The notes beneath the pieces are model-generated. The model was not told where the DNA came from. It saw nothing but the letters and a program-made list of their open reading frames with translations, and searched no databases. Below are positions 63,844 through 64,000 of a DNA stretch of 64,000 nucleotides, piece by piece. The position numbers were made by a program, and so were the translations under genes. The first letter of the stretch is position 1; every line of letters starts with the position of its first letter. Source of the stretch: Klebsormidium nitens (Eukaryota; Plantae; Klebsormidiophyceae); the NCBI GenBank assembly GCA_000708835.1, contig DF237044.1, positions 62,001 through 126,000 of the forward strand, written 5' to 3'.

Positions 63844-64000
63844 GTAAGATCAAAAAATCGACTTTCTTTTGTAGAACCCAGTCATTGAGCTCTGCTGAGT
63901 GTCGTTTCTGCATGCAATCTGTCCTCGAGAATCATATATCAGTCGTACTTTTAAGGGCTCTCTTTGTCAGAGGTTCCGTTACGCTGCGAATGTGGGGGCC

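Noticed and set aside
1-64000. CRISPR arrays, rRNA/tRNA genes, hammerhead ribozymes, intact transposase/RT/TnpB-Fanzor ORFs
   Set aside because: No regularly spaced repeat-spacer array, tRNA cloverleaf, complete CTGATGA…GAAA core or catalytic motif was found by manual reading. A covariance/HMM search would be needed to exclude highly diverged cases.

Overview
Eukaryotic, intron-rich nuclear DNA of moderate GC content, with GT(G/A)AG/GTGCG donors and (T/C)GCAG acceptors. The style suggests a green alga such as the charophyte Klebsormidium (inference only). No rRNA, tRNA or CRISPR array was seen, and most short ORFs in the supplied track are noise. Recognisable genes are: (1) a head-to-head pair of paralogous GT31 (Fringe/chondroitin-synthase-like) glycosyltransferase genes with conserved exon structure (minus 38343->~34330; plus 38815->43193). 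(2) Directly downstream of the minus copy, on the same strand, an O-fucosyltransferase-like exon and GT25-like exons that may be fused into one three-module glycosyltransferase. (3) A spliced alpha/beta-hydrolase gene with a membrane segment (minus 61003->54528). (4) An ankyrin + MYND-finger gene (plus 61920->beyond the window end). Roughly 3.4-28.3 kb, and again from about 45.7 kb, is a graveyard of same-strand degenerate paralogs. The window also holds several small non-autonomous DNA transposons (CACTA-type, CACAG-ended, Tourist-like, TA-flanked with a telomere-like core), long hairpins and local tandem duplications of exon boundaries.
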